Of a stretch of DNA of 64,000 nt, positions 27,015 through 38,367 are shown piece after piece (position 1 is the first letter of the stretch; each line of letters begins with the position of its first letter). Source of the DNA: Schmidtea nova (lineage: Eukaryota); assembly GCA_044892505.1 (NCBI GenBank), contig CM097882.1:2170001-2234000 (forward strand), in the 5' to 3' direction. Both the position numbers and the translations under genes were made by a program. Below the pieces are notes generated by a model. The model was not told the DNA's origin and did no database searches. It saw only the letters and a list, made by a program, of their open reading frames with translations.

Positions 27015-28029
27015 CATTAGTTTAATTACTCAATACCGAAAATGGGAAATAGAATCAAGTGACTTGTGATAATAGTAGAAATAACAGCGAAATATCTAAA
27101 CACGATAAAACCTAAATGATATTATTAAAATTACAAAAATCTAGTCTCAATTGGAAGGCTTGAAAGGTTCCTCGGATTTGGGAAAGATATAAAAATACAA
27201 ACTAAACTGTTTGTAAAACATTTTCGTCTATCATTTGATTTCATGTCACCAACACAATCTTTATCATTAGCTTTTAATTCACTGTTGAGACAAAACTGCC
27301 ATGCAGAACTTTTGACACTCTTAAAATTAATTTTTTAGATAAAAAATATTTATTCAAAAAATAAATTTTAAAATTAGGAAAAATTTCATTATAAATTTTA
27401 ATTTCAGTCGACCAGACGGATCATTCCTCAGTTTCCTGAATCCATTAAACACGATTAAATACTTTATCAAATATCGGTTGAAATGGATTTTGATCAAGAT
27501 TTTCGTGATTTTTATGGCTGTTTTAATTATTGCACTTTTCATTTACAATTTCCCCGGAAGTATTTCCAATTCAATTGTTACAAAAATGTTTGGATAGATA
27601 TTTTTATGGAGCTTGATTTCTCCCCTCATAATGAGATGAATTATTGTCCATTTCTGATGACTTTCCCATTTTATAACGAATTATATAAATATTCTTCTTT
27701 ATAGCTAAATGAATTTCAAATAATAATAATAATTAATATAATTTTATATATTATAATTTTACTATATATTTCGACAGACATCCTGTCATCTTTAGGTAAA
27801 AGTCATATAGAAAATACTGTTATTTCAATTTAGACAAACAAATTATAAAATATTATTAAATCAATTTTAAATATTATTTTAATCTTTTATACTGCGGCCT
27901 TCCAAAAGTCTCAGTCAGTCAGTTATTTACATATTGCAGTTTACGATGAACGTCTACAGTGTAAATATGAACAACAATGGAAACAAAGGTCACAAACACC
28001 TTCAACATGTTACATGCTGCATGCACAGA

Positions 28030-29094
28030 AGTAGGCAGTTATGTGGAGCATGAGTCATCGCAGAACAAAGGAAATGACGTCATTTTTATGACTCATCGAT
28101 GACGTCATCGATGACTCATCGCAATGACTCATCGGCATGACTCATCGATGACGTCATCGATGGCTCATCGCGATGACTCATCGGTATGACTCATCGATGA
28201 CGTCATCGATGACTCATTTCAAATTTGAATTTTATGACGTCATCGATGACTCATTTCAAATTCAAATTTTGAATTTGAATTTCCAAAGGTCAAATAAGGT
28301 CAAACCTTCAAACAAGGGTATCATTCGAAAGGTCTTTGAGAGGTGCACACAATGGTCATACCCTCGAGGGTCTATGGTGTGTCCTTAACCTTCAAAGGGT
28401 CAAAAACCTTCAGATTTTTCAAACCTTGTGTGTAATACATCATTCGAAAGGTAATACCGATGTGCACACAATGGTCATACCTTCGAAGGTGTATGGTGTG
28501 TGCTCAACCTTCAAGGGGTCAAAATCCTTCAAATATTTTTAAACATTACAAGTTATATATCAAACAAAAGGTAATTGAGATTTGAGTATGATGGTCAACC
28601 CTCGAAGGTGGGTGGTCGACCCTTGAAGGGTCCAAGACTCAAAATTTTAAAAACTATATAATATATGTATCAAACAAAAGGTAATTGAAGGGTGCACACA
28701 ATGGTCATACCCTTAAAGGTTCCAAGGTTCAAATTTTTAAAACTATATAATATGTATATCAAACAAAAGGTAATTGTGAGATGAGTGTGTGTGTGTTACA
28801 ATTTGCCAGAAGAGTGTGTGTTACAAATCCTTATTCAAACCTTATAATATACATATCATTCGAAAGGTAATTATGGTGTGTGTGTGTGTGTTATAATTTT
28901 TTCTATTTCCTACCTGAATTACATCAAAGACATTGCAATCCATGTGCAACGAAACAAAGACTAATAAAACTTGTAATAATAATTTTTGCAAACGTATCTT
29001 AGTGTTTAATAAGGATCACAGTTCTTCTCCTCTTGTTGTTTAAGACAAATAACAGTACGCATTGAACGCGCGTGGAACGCGCGTTCTTCTTCTC
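28030..29094 (+). repeat. Left TIR with TGACTCA/TGACGTCA array and internal short repeats
   Basis: Reverse complement of 36303-37359; inner end runs into an N gap. Confidence 0.95.
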
Positions 29095-29649
29095 NNNNNN
29101 NNNNNNNNNNNNNNNNNNNNNNNNNNNNNNNNNNNNNNNNNNNNNNNNNNNNNNNNNNNNNNNNNNNNNNNNNNNNNNNNNNNNNNNNNNNNNNNNNNNN
29201 NNNNNNNNNNNNNNNNNNNNNNNNNNNNNNNNNTATTACGTTAGTGGTAATTGCCAGATGTTTAAAAAACTCCAACATTAGAAAAAGTATCAAGCAAGTT
29301 AACCTTATTCCAAAAAAAAAAAAAAAAACATATTTATATACATGATAAGGTTTTTTCTCTTCAAACTTTTGAATATTTTATAATTTCATTGGAAGATCAG
29401 AAAACTCAAAAAATAAAATATGGTCTGAAATAATATATGAATTAACTCTATTAATTTCGTCTCTTCATATTTTAAAATAGCCACAATATTATATATTCTC
29501 AATAGCTTTACTATAAATAATTTATTTATAAATATTCAAAACGTTTTCCCGTTATTTACTTAATTTTTATTATTCAATAATTACTACAATAATAATAAAA
29601 AATTAAATCGGATGATAAAAGTCAAAAACTCTTAAAATAATTTATTTCA

Positions 29650-30003
29650 TTAAAATTCTTTAGCTTCTCGCATTTGATTCATCAATTGTTCATTTTCAAT
29701 TTTCAATTTTAGTATTTCTAAATTCTTTCTGCGAAGCTTCAGTATCATTCTTTCCTTTGATTCCCGGTAGAGATTGATCATTTTCTCTAGTTCCTCCATT
29801 CGACTCTTAATGTGAACCTTTGAACCATTGACCTTTGGAATTTCATGACTTTTTCCTAATAAATGTAATAATAATAATAATAAATTTAGAAAAATAAGTA
29901 TAATTTTACTTGAACTTTTAGAACTTTCAGGTAGCGAACTTCCATGTACCGAGATTGATTCATTCTCTGCGTTATTATTATTGCTAGTTTGTTGAGTGTT
30001 CAT
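29650..30003 (-). CDS. Small coiled-coil protein; 117 aa unspliced or 99 aa if intron 29856-29909 is removed
   Basis: ATG-TAA ORF; central AT-only 54-nt stretch begins GTAAAA and ends TTAG; TATA-like sequence upstream. Confidence 0.55.
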   Translation of the reverse strand: MNTQQTSNNNNAENESISVHGSSLPESSKSSSKIILIFLNLLLLLLHLLGKSHEIPKVNGSKVHIKSRMEELEKMINLYRESKERMILKLRRKNLEILKLKIENEQLMNQMREAKEF

Positions 30004-30509
30004 TGTTTAAAATGAATTACTTATAAAATTCTAATAGATATATACCAACTTTTATTACGTTGTGGTACTTTAAAAATATTTTACGTTGTGGTATATTTAA
30101 TTTTAAAGTTTGATTTAGAACTATAACATGAATTTTGAAAATCCGCTTTGTTTTTGCAAGAAATTGACTCTAAAAACTATGATTCAATATGTACAGTTTG
30201 ATTAAAATACAACTTTTTTAACTTATTAGACAAATCCATTGAATATTTCCTTGAATCAATTTATAGTTTTATACACTTCTACGGAGGAAATAATGTTTTA
30301 TCATTTTACAACCATTTTGTATCATCACAAAGTATCCAAAATCATTGCTTAATAAATACAGGAATTGTCAATATCTTTACTATTTTGTATTAAATTTACT
30401 CTGAAAATAATTAAATTATGTAAAAATGATTAATATTTAAGGAAAATGAAAGAAAATATACATGTTCTTGAATATCACAAGTGAATGACACAAGAAATAC
30501 AAGTGTAAT

Positions 30510-30615
30510 TAAGTTGCAATACAAATGCAATCAAGTTGCAATACAAATGCAATCAAGTTGCAATACAAATGCAATCAAGTTGCAATACAAATGCAATCAA
30601 GTTGCAATACAAGTG
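30510..30615. repeat. 22-bp tandem repeat (CAATCAAGTTGCAATACAAATG)n
   Basis: About 4-5 adjacent copies. Confidence 0.85.
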
Positions 30616-30699
30616 CATGACACATGCATAACATGACAGTACAAGTGTTTCAAACATGCGTCACAGTGATTTATATCAACAATTCAGACTTGAAATATG

Positions 30700-33400
30700 A
30701 TAAGTAGTCGAACGTTTCTATCAGAACCCTAGTAGCAGAACCTTGCTAACAGAACACTAGTAGCAGAACATCTTTTGTGATGGTTTTTATCTGCAAAAGC
30801 TTATTACTCGAACATTTATTTAATTATTACTGTTACAATTCAACTTCATTCAACATTAATTGTTCTAATATTCTCACCCATTAATATTTTCTACATTGCT
30901 TTTAAAATATCTATTGGATTTTCTCACTTTAAAGTAGAACCTACTGTAATGTTTGAAAGATTTATTTTCACTCATAATTCATTATTGTTATATTTTCATC
31001 AATTTTATTCAGTAGCAGAACATTGCTAACAGACCATTGCTAGCAGAACCTTTAGTAACAGAACATCTTTTGTGATGGTTTTTATGTGCAAAAGTTTATT
31101 ATTCACACATATACTAAAATAACAATCATTAGCTTAATCATATGAGCTTCGATCAATGTAACAAACTAATTGTGAAAGCATATTACATTTACTGATACAC
31201 TTTTAATGACAATTATTATGTACATATTTCTTGTTTGATGAATTTCTATGTATTTTGATGAATTTTAATATATTTTTGATATTGTGTGGGTATATTCTTG
31301 TAATTGCACTATAGAAGGATGATATTTCATGTATGTAATGATATTTCATGATGATATATTATGTATTTAATGATACTTTGTGATGACATTTCATATATAT
31401 TTCATATTTTGTATGTATTTCTAATATTTTTGCACTATAATGTGATAATATTTTGTGTATGTTTCTATTTTTGATATTTTGTACGTGTGTCATGAATATC
31501 TATGTATTTTGTGATGACATTTCATATGACTTATTTTTAATATTTTGTGTGTATATTTTTGATGATTTCTATATATTTTCTTTCTCAATGTTATCAAACT
31601 AGTAAGATAATATTTGATGTATCTAATGTCACTTTGTGAATATTTTCATGTATTTTCGCTATAGTATGATGACATTTCATGCATTCGATCTCATTTTAAA
31701 GTAGAATTTACTGTAATGTTTGAAAGATTTATTTCCATTCATATAACTTTCATTAATTTTATACAGTAGCAGAACATTGCTAACAGAACATTGCTATCAG
31801 AACCCTAGAAGCATAACATCTTTTGTGATGGTTTTCATGTGCAAAAGCTCATTACTTGAACATTTATTACTGTTACATTATAGATTTATGATATATGTGA
31901 TTATATTTTGTATGTGTAATGAACTTTTGATATTTTGTATATGATGATTTTCTAAGTATGTGTATATGATTTTCTTTGTGTATGTAGATATTTCTTTAAT
32001 GATTATTGTTGTGAATTTGATTAATTTCTGTATATTTTTTGATGATTATCTATGTAATTGCACTATAGTGTGATGATATATTGTGATGATATCCTTTGTA
32101 TGATGCATTCTTTGAAATTATGTATGTATTTTACACTAGTATGATAATATTTCATTCATTTGACTGACTATAACATGACAACTTTTCATGTGTATGATAC
32201 CCTTTGTGTGTGTGTATATGATATAACTTTTAATATTATGTGTATTTGCATTATAACATGAAGATATTTCTTGTCCGTATTTGCATTAAAGCATGATGAC
32301 ATTTTATGTATGTAAAGATATTTCACATGTGTAATGATATCCTTTGTGTATAGGATTTATTTCTATGTACTTTTGATATTTTCTATGAAGATATTTCATG
32401 TATGTGATAATTATAGTTTATCTATGTAATGATACTTGTACGTATTTTGATGATTTTCTATGTATTTTTATGTTATCAAACAATAATATGATAATCTTTT
32501 GTTTGTATTTTTAATATTTTCTTTGTGAATCTTGGATATTTTGTGATGACATTTCATATATTTTGTATGTATTTCTAATGTTTTTACACTATAATGTGAT
32601 AATACTTTGTGTATATGCTTTTAATTTTGACATTTTATTTGTATTTTGCATTATGGTACAATAATAATATTTCGTACATCTGATAAGCTTTTGTGTATAT
32701 ATTTCCACTAGTGTGATAATATTTCTTTTTATGATTATTATTGTCTGTATTTCTAGTATTTATGATAAACTTTGTATATAATTTGTGTGTATGATGATTT
32801 TTTGTGATGAAATTTCATGTATCGGATGATATTTCATGTATATAACGTTACTTTGTGATAATATTTCATGTAATGATATTTTGTGTGTATTTTGCATTAT
32901 AGTATGATAATATTTTGTGCATGTGATAATCTTTTGTGTAGTAATATTTCATGTGTGTGTGATGAATTTCTATATATTTTGTGTGTATGATTCTCAATAG
33001 TACGTAGATATTTCTTTCATGTGATAACCTTTTGTGTAATAATATTTCATATATGTAATGTTATTTTATATGTGTGTGTGATGAATTTATATGTATTTTA
33101 GATATTTTGTGTGTATTTTTAATGATTTTCTATGTTATTAAACTATGTTATTAAACTGTAGTATGATGACATTTTGTATGTAGTTTGCATAATAGTATAA
33201 TAATATTTGATGTATTTAAAGATACTTTGTTCTGATATTTCATGTATATATATATTTCATATATTTTTGATATATTTGTACTCTAGTATAAAAATAATTT
33301 GTGTAATGATCTGTATAGTATGATAATTTGTCATGTATTTACCTGCTCAGTGTGATGATATTCATATTATTAGTCTAAATTAATAGTGTGTTTACGAACC
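30700..33400. repeat. Strand-skewed T/G/A-rich degenerate repeat region
   Basis: Recurrent TGATGATATTTCATGTATG-like words, C-poor on + strand; recurring AGTAGCAGAACATTGCT blocks; homologous to 62068-64000. Confidence 0.75.
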
Positions 33401-33783
33401 TGAAAATATTTCCAGCTTTGAGATATATAAAATATAACCACATGTGTGTTAGTATATTTGCAAGTGGTAAAGTAGTTGTATTAGGTTTAAAAACTAGGGA
33501 TTATTTAAATATAGTTGATAATATTATTATCGATATAAAATAAATTATCGAAGATAAAGCCTTTGTTGATTTTATAATAACATGTGACTCATGATTGCAA
33601 TAAATCTGCAATATTAATGCACTATTCTGATTGGTCCAATGTATATTTCGATAATAAATACATGTTATGCATACTCGAATCTGATTGGTTCAGTGTGTAA
33701 TATTTTGTACATGCATTGTGTTTCTATCGTATATATATATATACAATTAACATTTTGCTATCATTTATATTCACAATCACAAA

Positions 33784-34494
33784 ATGCCCGAGATAATGAA
33801 ATATGGTAAATTTTAAAGTTTAATATTTTTTCATTTTTATAATTTTTTCATTTTAGAGAAATTACTTTCCGTACTTTACGGTAAACTTGAGGAAATCTAT
33901 CCGATGCTGATGCCGAAGCTGACCTATGCAGCACCGGAGCTCTTTCCCTACAAAATTCAATGCCTGACTGGGATCGATATTCATCAGGTCTTACTGGATC
34001 ATCTGGCTAATCGGGACAGTGAAATGCCATATATGGCGGAGCACATCTTGTGCGCATACCAATGCGGCCATTGTATGGACCGTATACAGAAGTATCGGGT
34101 CTGGATGTTACGAAACGCCCTCCACCAATTTGAAATGGATTCCAAGAAATTGGAAAAAATTGACGAGGAGGACGAGATTCCAAAGCAATGGCCAAATTCA
34201 ACACCCGAAGCGTCGGATGATGAAAAATCGCCAGATTGGGATAAATCGCATGATTGCGATAAATCGCCAGATTGCGATAAATCGCATGATTGCGATAAAT
34301 CGCATGATTGCGATAAATCGCATGATTGCGATAATTCACCTGATCATTTAGATGAATTGCCAGAATTACAATTATCTTTTGGTTGTTGGACTCCTATGGA
34401 TCAATCCGACGAAAACAAATGTATTGAATCGCCTCAATCGCCTGATTGCAATCAATGCCATCGCAAGCTTTCAAATATAGAGATTGCAGAATAA
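33784..34494 (+). CDS. Spliced 219-aa protein of unknown function with (DKSHDC)-type repeats; exons 33784-33805 and 33857-34494
   Basis: 51-nt GT..AG intron joins MPEIMKY in frame to the 33904 ORF; upstream ATTGG boxes and TATA-like run; AATAAA overlaps the stop. Confidence 0.7.
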
Positions 34495-35071
34495 ACATTA
34501 TAAATGTTATATGTTTTTATTTATTTGTGTATTTTCTTTTTATGTAGACACATTTTATGTATTCACATTTTATTATTTAATAAATCTTTTATTATTGTTA
34601 TTTTAGTTTTTTCTGTTTCAGTTTCTTATTTTGTTAATGAGTTATTTATTCGGTTTTTAAATAAATTTTTTAAATAATTTTAAAATAATTTTTAATTAGT
34701 TTTTTGAAATGAAATAGGTTTACTAGTAATTTTTATTAAGTTTTAAATAAGTTTTATTTAAATGAATTATGTTTAATAGTAAGTTTTATAAATAAAGACA
34801 ATTTCAATAATAAATACATATGCATCAATTAATTACAACAAAGTCATGTATTATATAACCAGTTTCAACAAAATAAACATACATGTATAATTAACACACG
34901 ACAAAGACATGCAACAAAGACATACCTGCAACAACGACATGCTTGCAACAAAGACATGTATGAAGACATGCATAACATGTGCAGTTAGAATGCGTCATTT
35001 TGATTGGGCAAAGGTATTACTCATCATTATAAATACAAAGACATTTAGTAGAGATTGTCACAATTTCAAAA

Positions 35072-35488
35072 ATGCCAGCACGTAAATCAACTTATGATAT
35101 CAGTGAAGAAAGAAAAATCAATAATGAATTGAAACCAGTGCAAATGTATTACGATTACAAAATTTATTTCTTGGTACAAGAAATACCGTTTCGTTTGTCG
35201 TATCCAGTGAAATTAACAAAGTCATTGTATGACAATTTAGCTGCAAATCTATGTAAAGAAGATGTTGTTGCACTAAATAAAATTTTATTTAAAATTAATA
35301 ACAATTTAAGTTGCAAGGAAACTATATGGATCAACAACCGAAAAACACGTTTCCATGATGCGTTTCAATCTATCGATTACAAGGATCAAGAAAATTGGTT
35401 TATTACCATAATCATTCAGGGATATAAAATCGATACAAAAGATGTTATAACTCCGATTTGGAGAATTGACAGTGCACGATATGCATAA
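35072..35488 (+). CDS. 138-aa protein of unknown function
   Basis: ATG-TAA ORF of globular composition; ATTGG and TATAAATA ~40-70 nt upstream. Confidence 0.65.
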   Translation: MPARKSTYDISEERKINNELKPVQMYYDYKIYFLVQEIPFRLSYPVKLTKSLYDNLAANLCKEDVVALNKILFKINNNLSCKETIWINNRKTRFHDAFQSIDYKDQENWFITIIIQGYKIDTKDVITPIWRIDSARYA

Positions 35489-36302
35489 TTGTTATTTTGT
35501 AAATGTTATATTCAATAAAATTTAGTAATTTCAATTTCAATTTTTGATTGTTTGAATTTTTATANNNNNNNNNNNNNNNNNNNNNNNNNNNNNNNNNNNN
35601 NNNNNNNNNNNNNNNNNNNNNNNNNNNNNNNNNNNNNNNNNNNNNNNNNNNNNNNNNNNNNNNNNNNNNNNNNNNNNNNNNNNNNNNNNNNNNNNNNNNN
35701 NNNNNNNNNNNNNNNNNNNNNNNNNNNNNNNNNNNNNNNNNNNNNNNNNNNNNNNNNNNNNNNNNNNNNNNNNNNNNNNNNNNNNNNNNNNNNNNNNNNN
35801 NNNNNNNNNNNNNNNNNNNNNNNNNNNNNNNNNNNNNNNNNNNNNNNNNNNNNNNNNNNNNNNNNNNNNNNNNNNNNNNNNNNNNNNNNNNNNNNNNNNN
35901 NNNNNNNNNNNNNNNNNNNNNNNNNNNNNNNNNNNNNNNNNNNNNNNNNNNNNNNNNNNNNNNNNNNNNNNNNNNNNNNNNNNNNNNNNNNNNNNNNNNN
36001 NNNNNNNNNNNNNNNNNNNNNNNNNNNNNNNNNNNNNNNNNNNNNNNNNNNNNNNNNNNNNNNNNNNNNNNNNNNNNNNNNNNNNNNNNNNNNNNNNNNN
36101 NNNNNNNNNNNNNNNNNNNNNNNNNNNNNNNNNNNNNNNNNNNNNNNNNNNNNNNNNNNNNNNNNNNNNNNNNNNNNNNNNNNNNNNNNNNNNNNNNNNN
36201 NNNNNNNNNNNNNNNNNNNNNNNNNNNNNNNNNNNNNNNNNNNNNNNNNNNNNNNNNNNNNNNNNNNNNNNNNNNNNNNNNNNNNNNNNNNNNNNNNNNN
36301 NN

Positions 36303-37359
36303 GAGAAGAAGAACGCGCGTTCCACGCGCGTTCAATGCGTACTGTGATCCTTATTAAACACTAAGATTCGTGTGCAAAAATTATTATTACAAGTTTTATT
36401 AGTCTTTGTTTCGTTGCACATGGATTGCAATGTCTTTGTTGTAATTCAGGTAGGAAATAGAAAAAATTATAACACACACACACACACACCATAATTACCT
36501 TTCGAATGATATGTATATTATAAGGTTTGAATAAGGATTTGTAACACACACTCTTCTGGCAAATTGTAACACACACACACTCATCTCACAATTACCTTTT
36601 GTTTGATATACATATTATATAGTTTTAAAAATTTGAACCTTGGAACCTTTAAGGGTATGACCATTGTGTGCACCCTTCAATTACCTTTTGTTTGATACAT
36701 ATATTATATAGTTTTTAAAATTTTGAGTCTTGGACCCTTCAAGGGTCGACCACCCACCTTCGAGGGTTGACCATCATACTCAAATCTCAATTACCTTTTG
36801 TTTGATATATAACTTGTAATGTTTAAAAATATTTGAAGGATTTTGACCCCTTGAAGGTTGAGCACACACCATACACCTTCGAAGGTATGACCATTGTGTG
36901 CACATCGGTATTACCTTTCGAATGATGTATTACACACAAGGTTTGAAAAATCTGAAGGTTTTTGACCCTTTGAAGGTTAAGGACACACCATAGACCCTCG
37001 AGGGTATGACCATTGTGTGCACCTCTCAAAGACCTTTCGAATGATACCCTTGTTTGAAGGTTTGACCTTATTTGACCTTTGGAAATTCAAATTCAAAATT
37101 TGAATTTGAAATGAGTCATCGATGACGTCATAAAATTCAAATTTGAAATGAGTCATCGATGACGTCATCGATGAGTCATACCGATGAGTCATCGCGATGA
37201 GCCATCGATGACGTCATCGATTAGTCATGCCGATGAGTCATTGCGATGAGTCATCGATGACGTCATCGACGAGTCATAAAAATTTTTTTCTCACCCCCCC
37301 GGGGGGTGACGTCATTTCCTTTGTTCTGCGATGACTCATGCTCCACATAACTGCCTACT
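36303..37359 (-). repeat. Right TIR of the 9.3-kb element
   Basis: Reverse complement of 28030-29094 with two small indels. Confidence 0.95.
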
Positions 37360-38367
37360 CACAGACGCAATCACACACACATATATATAATGTGACTATT
37401 TACACCAGACACACAACAGTGATAACAATGAGTCATGTTAATGAAGGATTGTCATTTTCTTAGAATATGGTTACTCGAAGAGAGCTTACAGACTTTCAGA
37501 AAGGCATTATTTACGGATGTTACCTTTGTGGAAAAAGTCAAAGTGAAAATGCTACATTTATTGGCCATCCCAAAGGAACTATTAACTACTTCCTGAAGCA
37601 AAGAGCAGACACCGCCAGGAGCAGACACATATTAACAAGCAACGTTCAGGCTGCCCTAAACTCTTTTCAAATCTGATGAACAGCAATTCTGCTGGAGTCG
37701 TGTCGGAGAACGATTTCACCCTAACTGCATTCAGCCAACTGTGAAAAATGGAGGATGCTCCTTCATGTTTTGAAGCATTTTCTCAGCTCGTGGAACTGAC
37801 TCTCTAGTCAAGTGCAGCAATCACATGACGTCAGTGGAATACCATGCCATTCTGGAAAATGAGCTTGTTCCCTTTCTCCCACAAATTGTGAGGCTCATTT
37901 TCCAACAGGATAATGCACCAATCCATACTTCGCACATTATGAAGAAATTCTTTTTGCAGCACAACATTAACGTTTTGGATTGTGTTCCACAAAGCCGTGC
38001 TCTGAATCTTTTTGATTTTATGTGGGACGTCATTGGTACACGGTTTCGCAAAAAGATTCCATTTGCCAATAACGCCTCGGAATTGGAAACGCATCTGCAT
38101 GAGGAATGGTCACACATCTCCCATGATTTTTATGCAAAATTGGTCGAAACAATGCCTAAACGAGTGCGCCTTGTAATCCAGATGAAAGGTAATATAACGA
38201 AGTACTAACTCTCTCAGCCCTACAGACATTCTCTATTCGTGTGTGTTTGTGACATTTGTTCCCATTGCTGTTCATTATAAACTCCAATATGTAAATAACT
38301 GTCTGACTGGAGACTTTTGATAGGCCGGGGTACATTAAAAAATCAATTTAAAAATTATTTTTATTAA

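Larger units (their letters stand above)
16483..28029 (+). repeat. Near-identical tandem copy of 1-11562 (offset ~16.48 kb)
   Basis: Same ORFs at offset 16482 with few substitutions (e.g. PERF/PEWF, YEVA/YDVA); both copies have an N gap at the same (TA)n. Confidence 0.95.
28030..37359. mobile_element. Non-autonomous Polinton/Maverick-like element, ~9.3 kb including gaps
   Basis: 5'-AGTAGG...CCTACT-3' ends, ~1.06-kb TIRs, exact 6-bp TSD CACAGA (28024-28029, 37360-37365); empty site visible at ~11557-11562. Confidence 0.85.
27892..38330 (+). mobile_element. Tc1 element (copy 2) interrupted by the 9.3-kb insertion
   Basis: Left TIR at 27892, right TIR ends 38330, TA flanks; comparison with the uninterrupted copy shows the insertion at CACAGA. 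Confidence 0.85.

Noticed and set aside
26875-27069. IYIYIY ORF
   Set aside because: (TA)n microsatellite
28173-28542. ORFs in the TIR mirrored at 36823-37192
   Set aside because: Translate motif arrays; duplication simply reflects the inverted repeat
34007-34351. Alternative-frame ORFs with NHAIYR / INRMIA repeats
   Set aside because: By-products of the 18-bp repeat in the 33784-34494 gene
35445-36364. Long ORFs made of X (also 5745, 22227, 29006-29293, 46822, 56311-57590, 62506-62773)
   Set aside because: Artefacts of reading through N gaps
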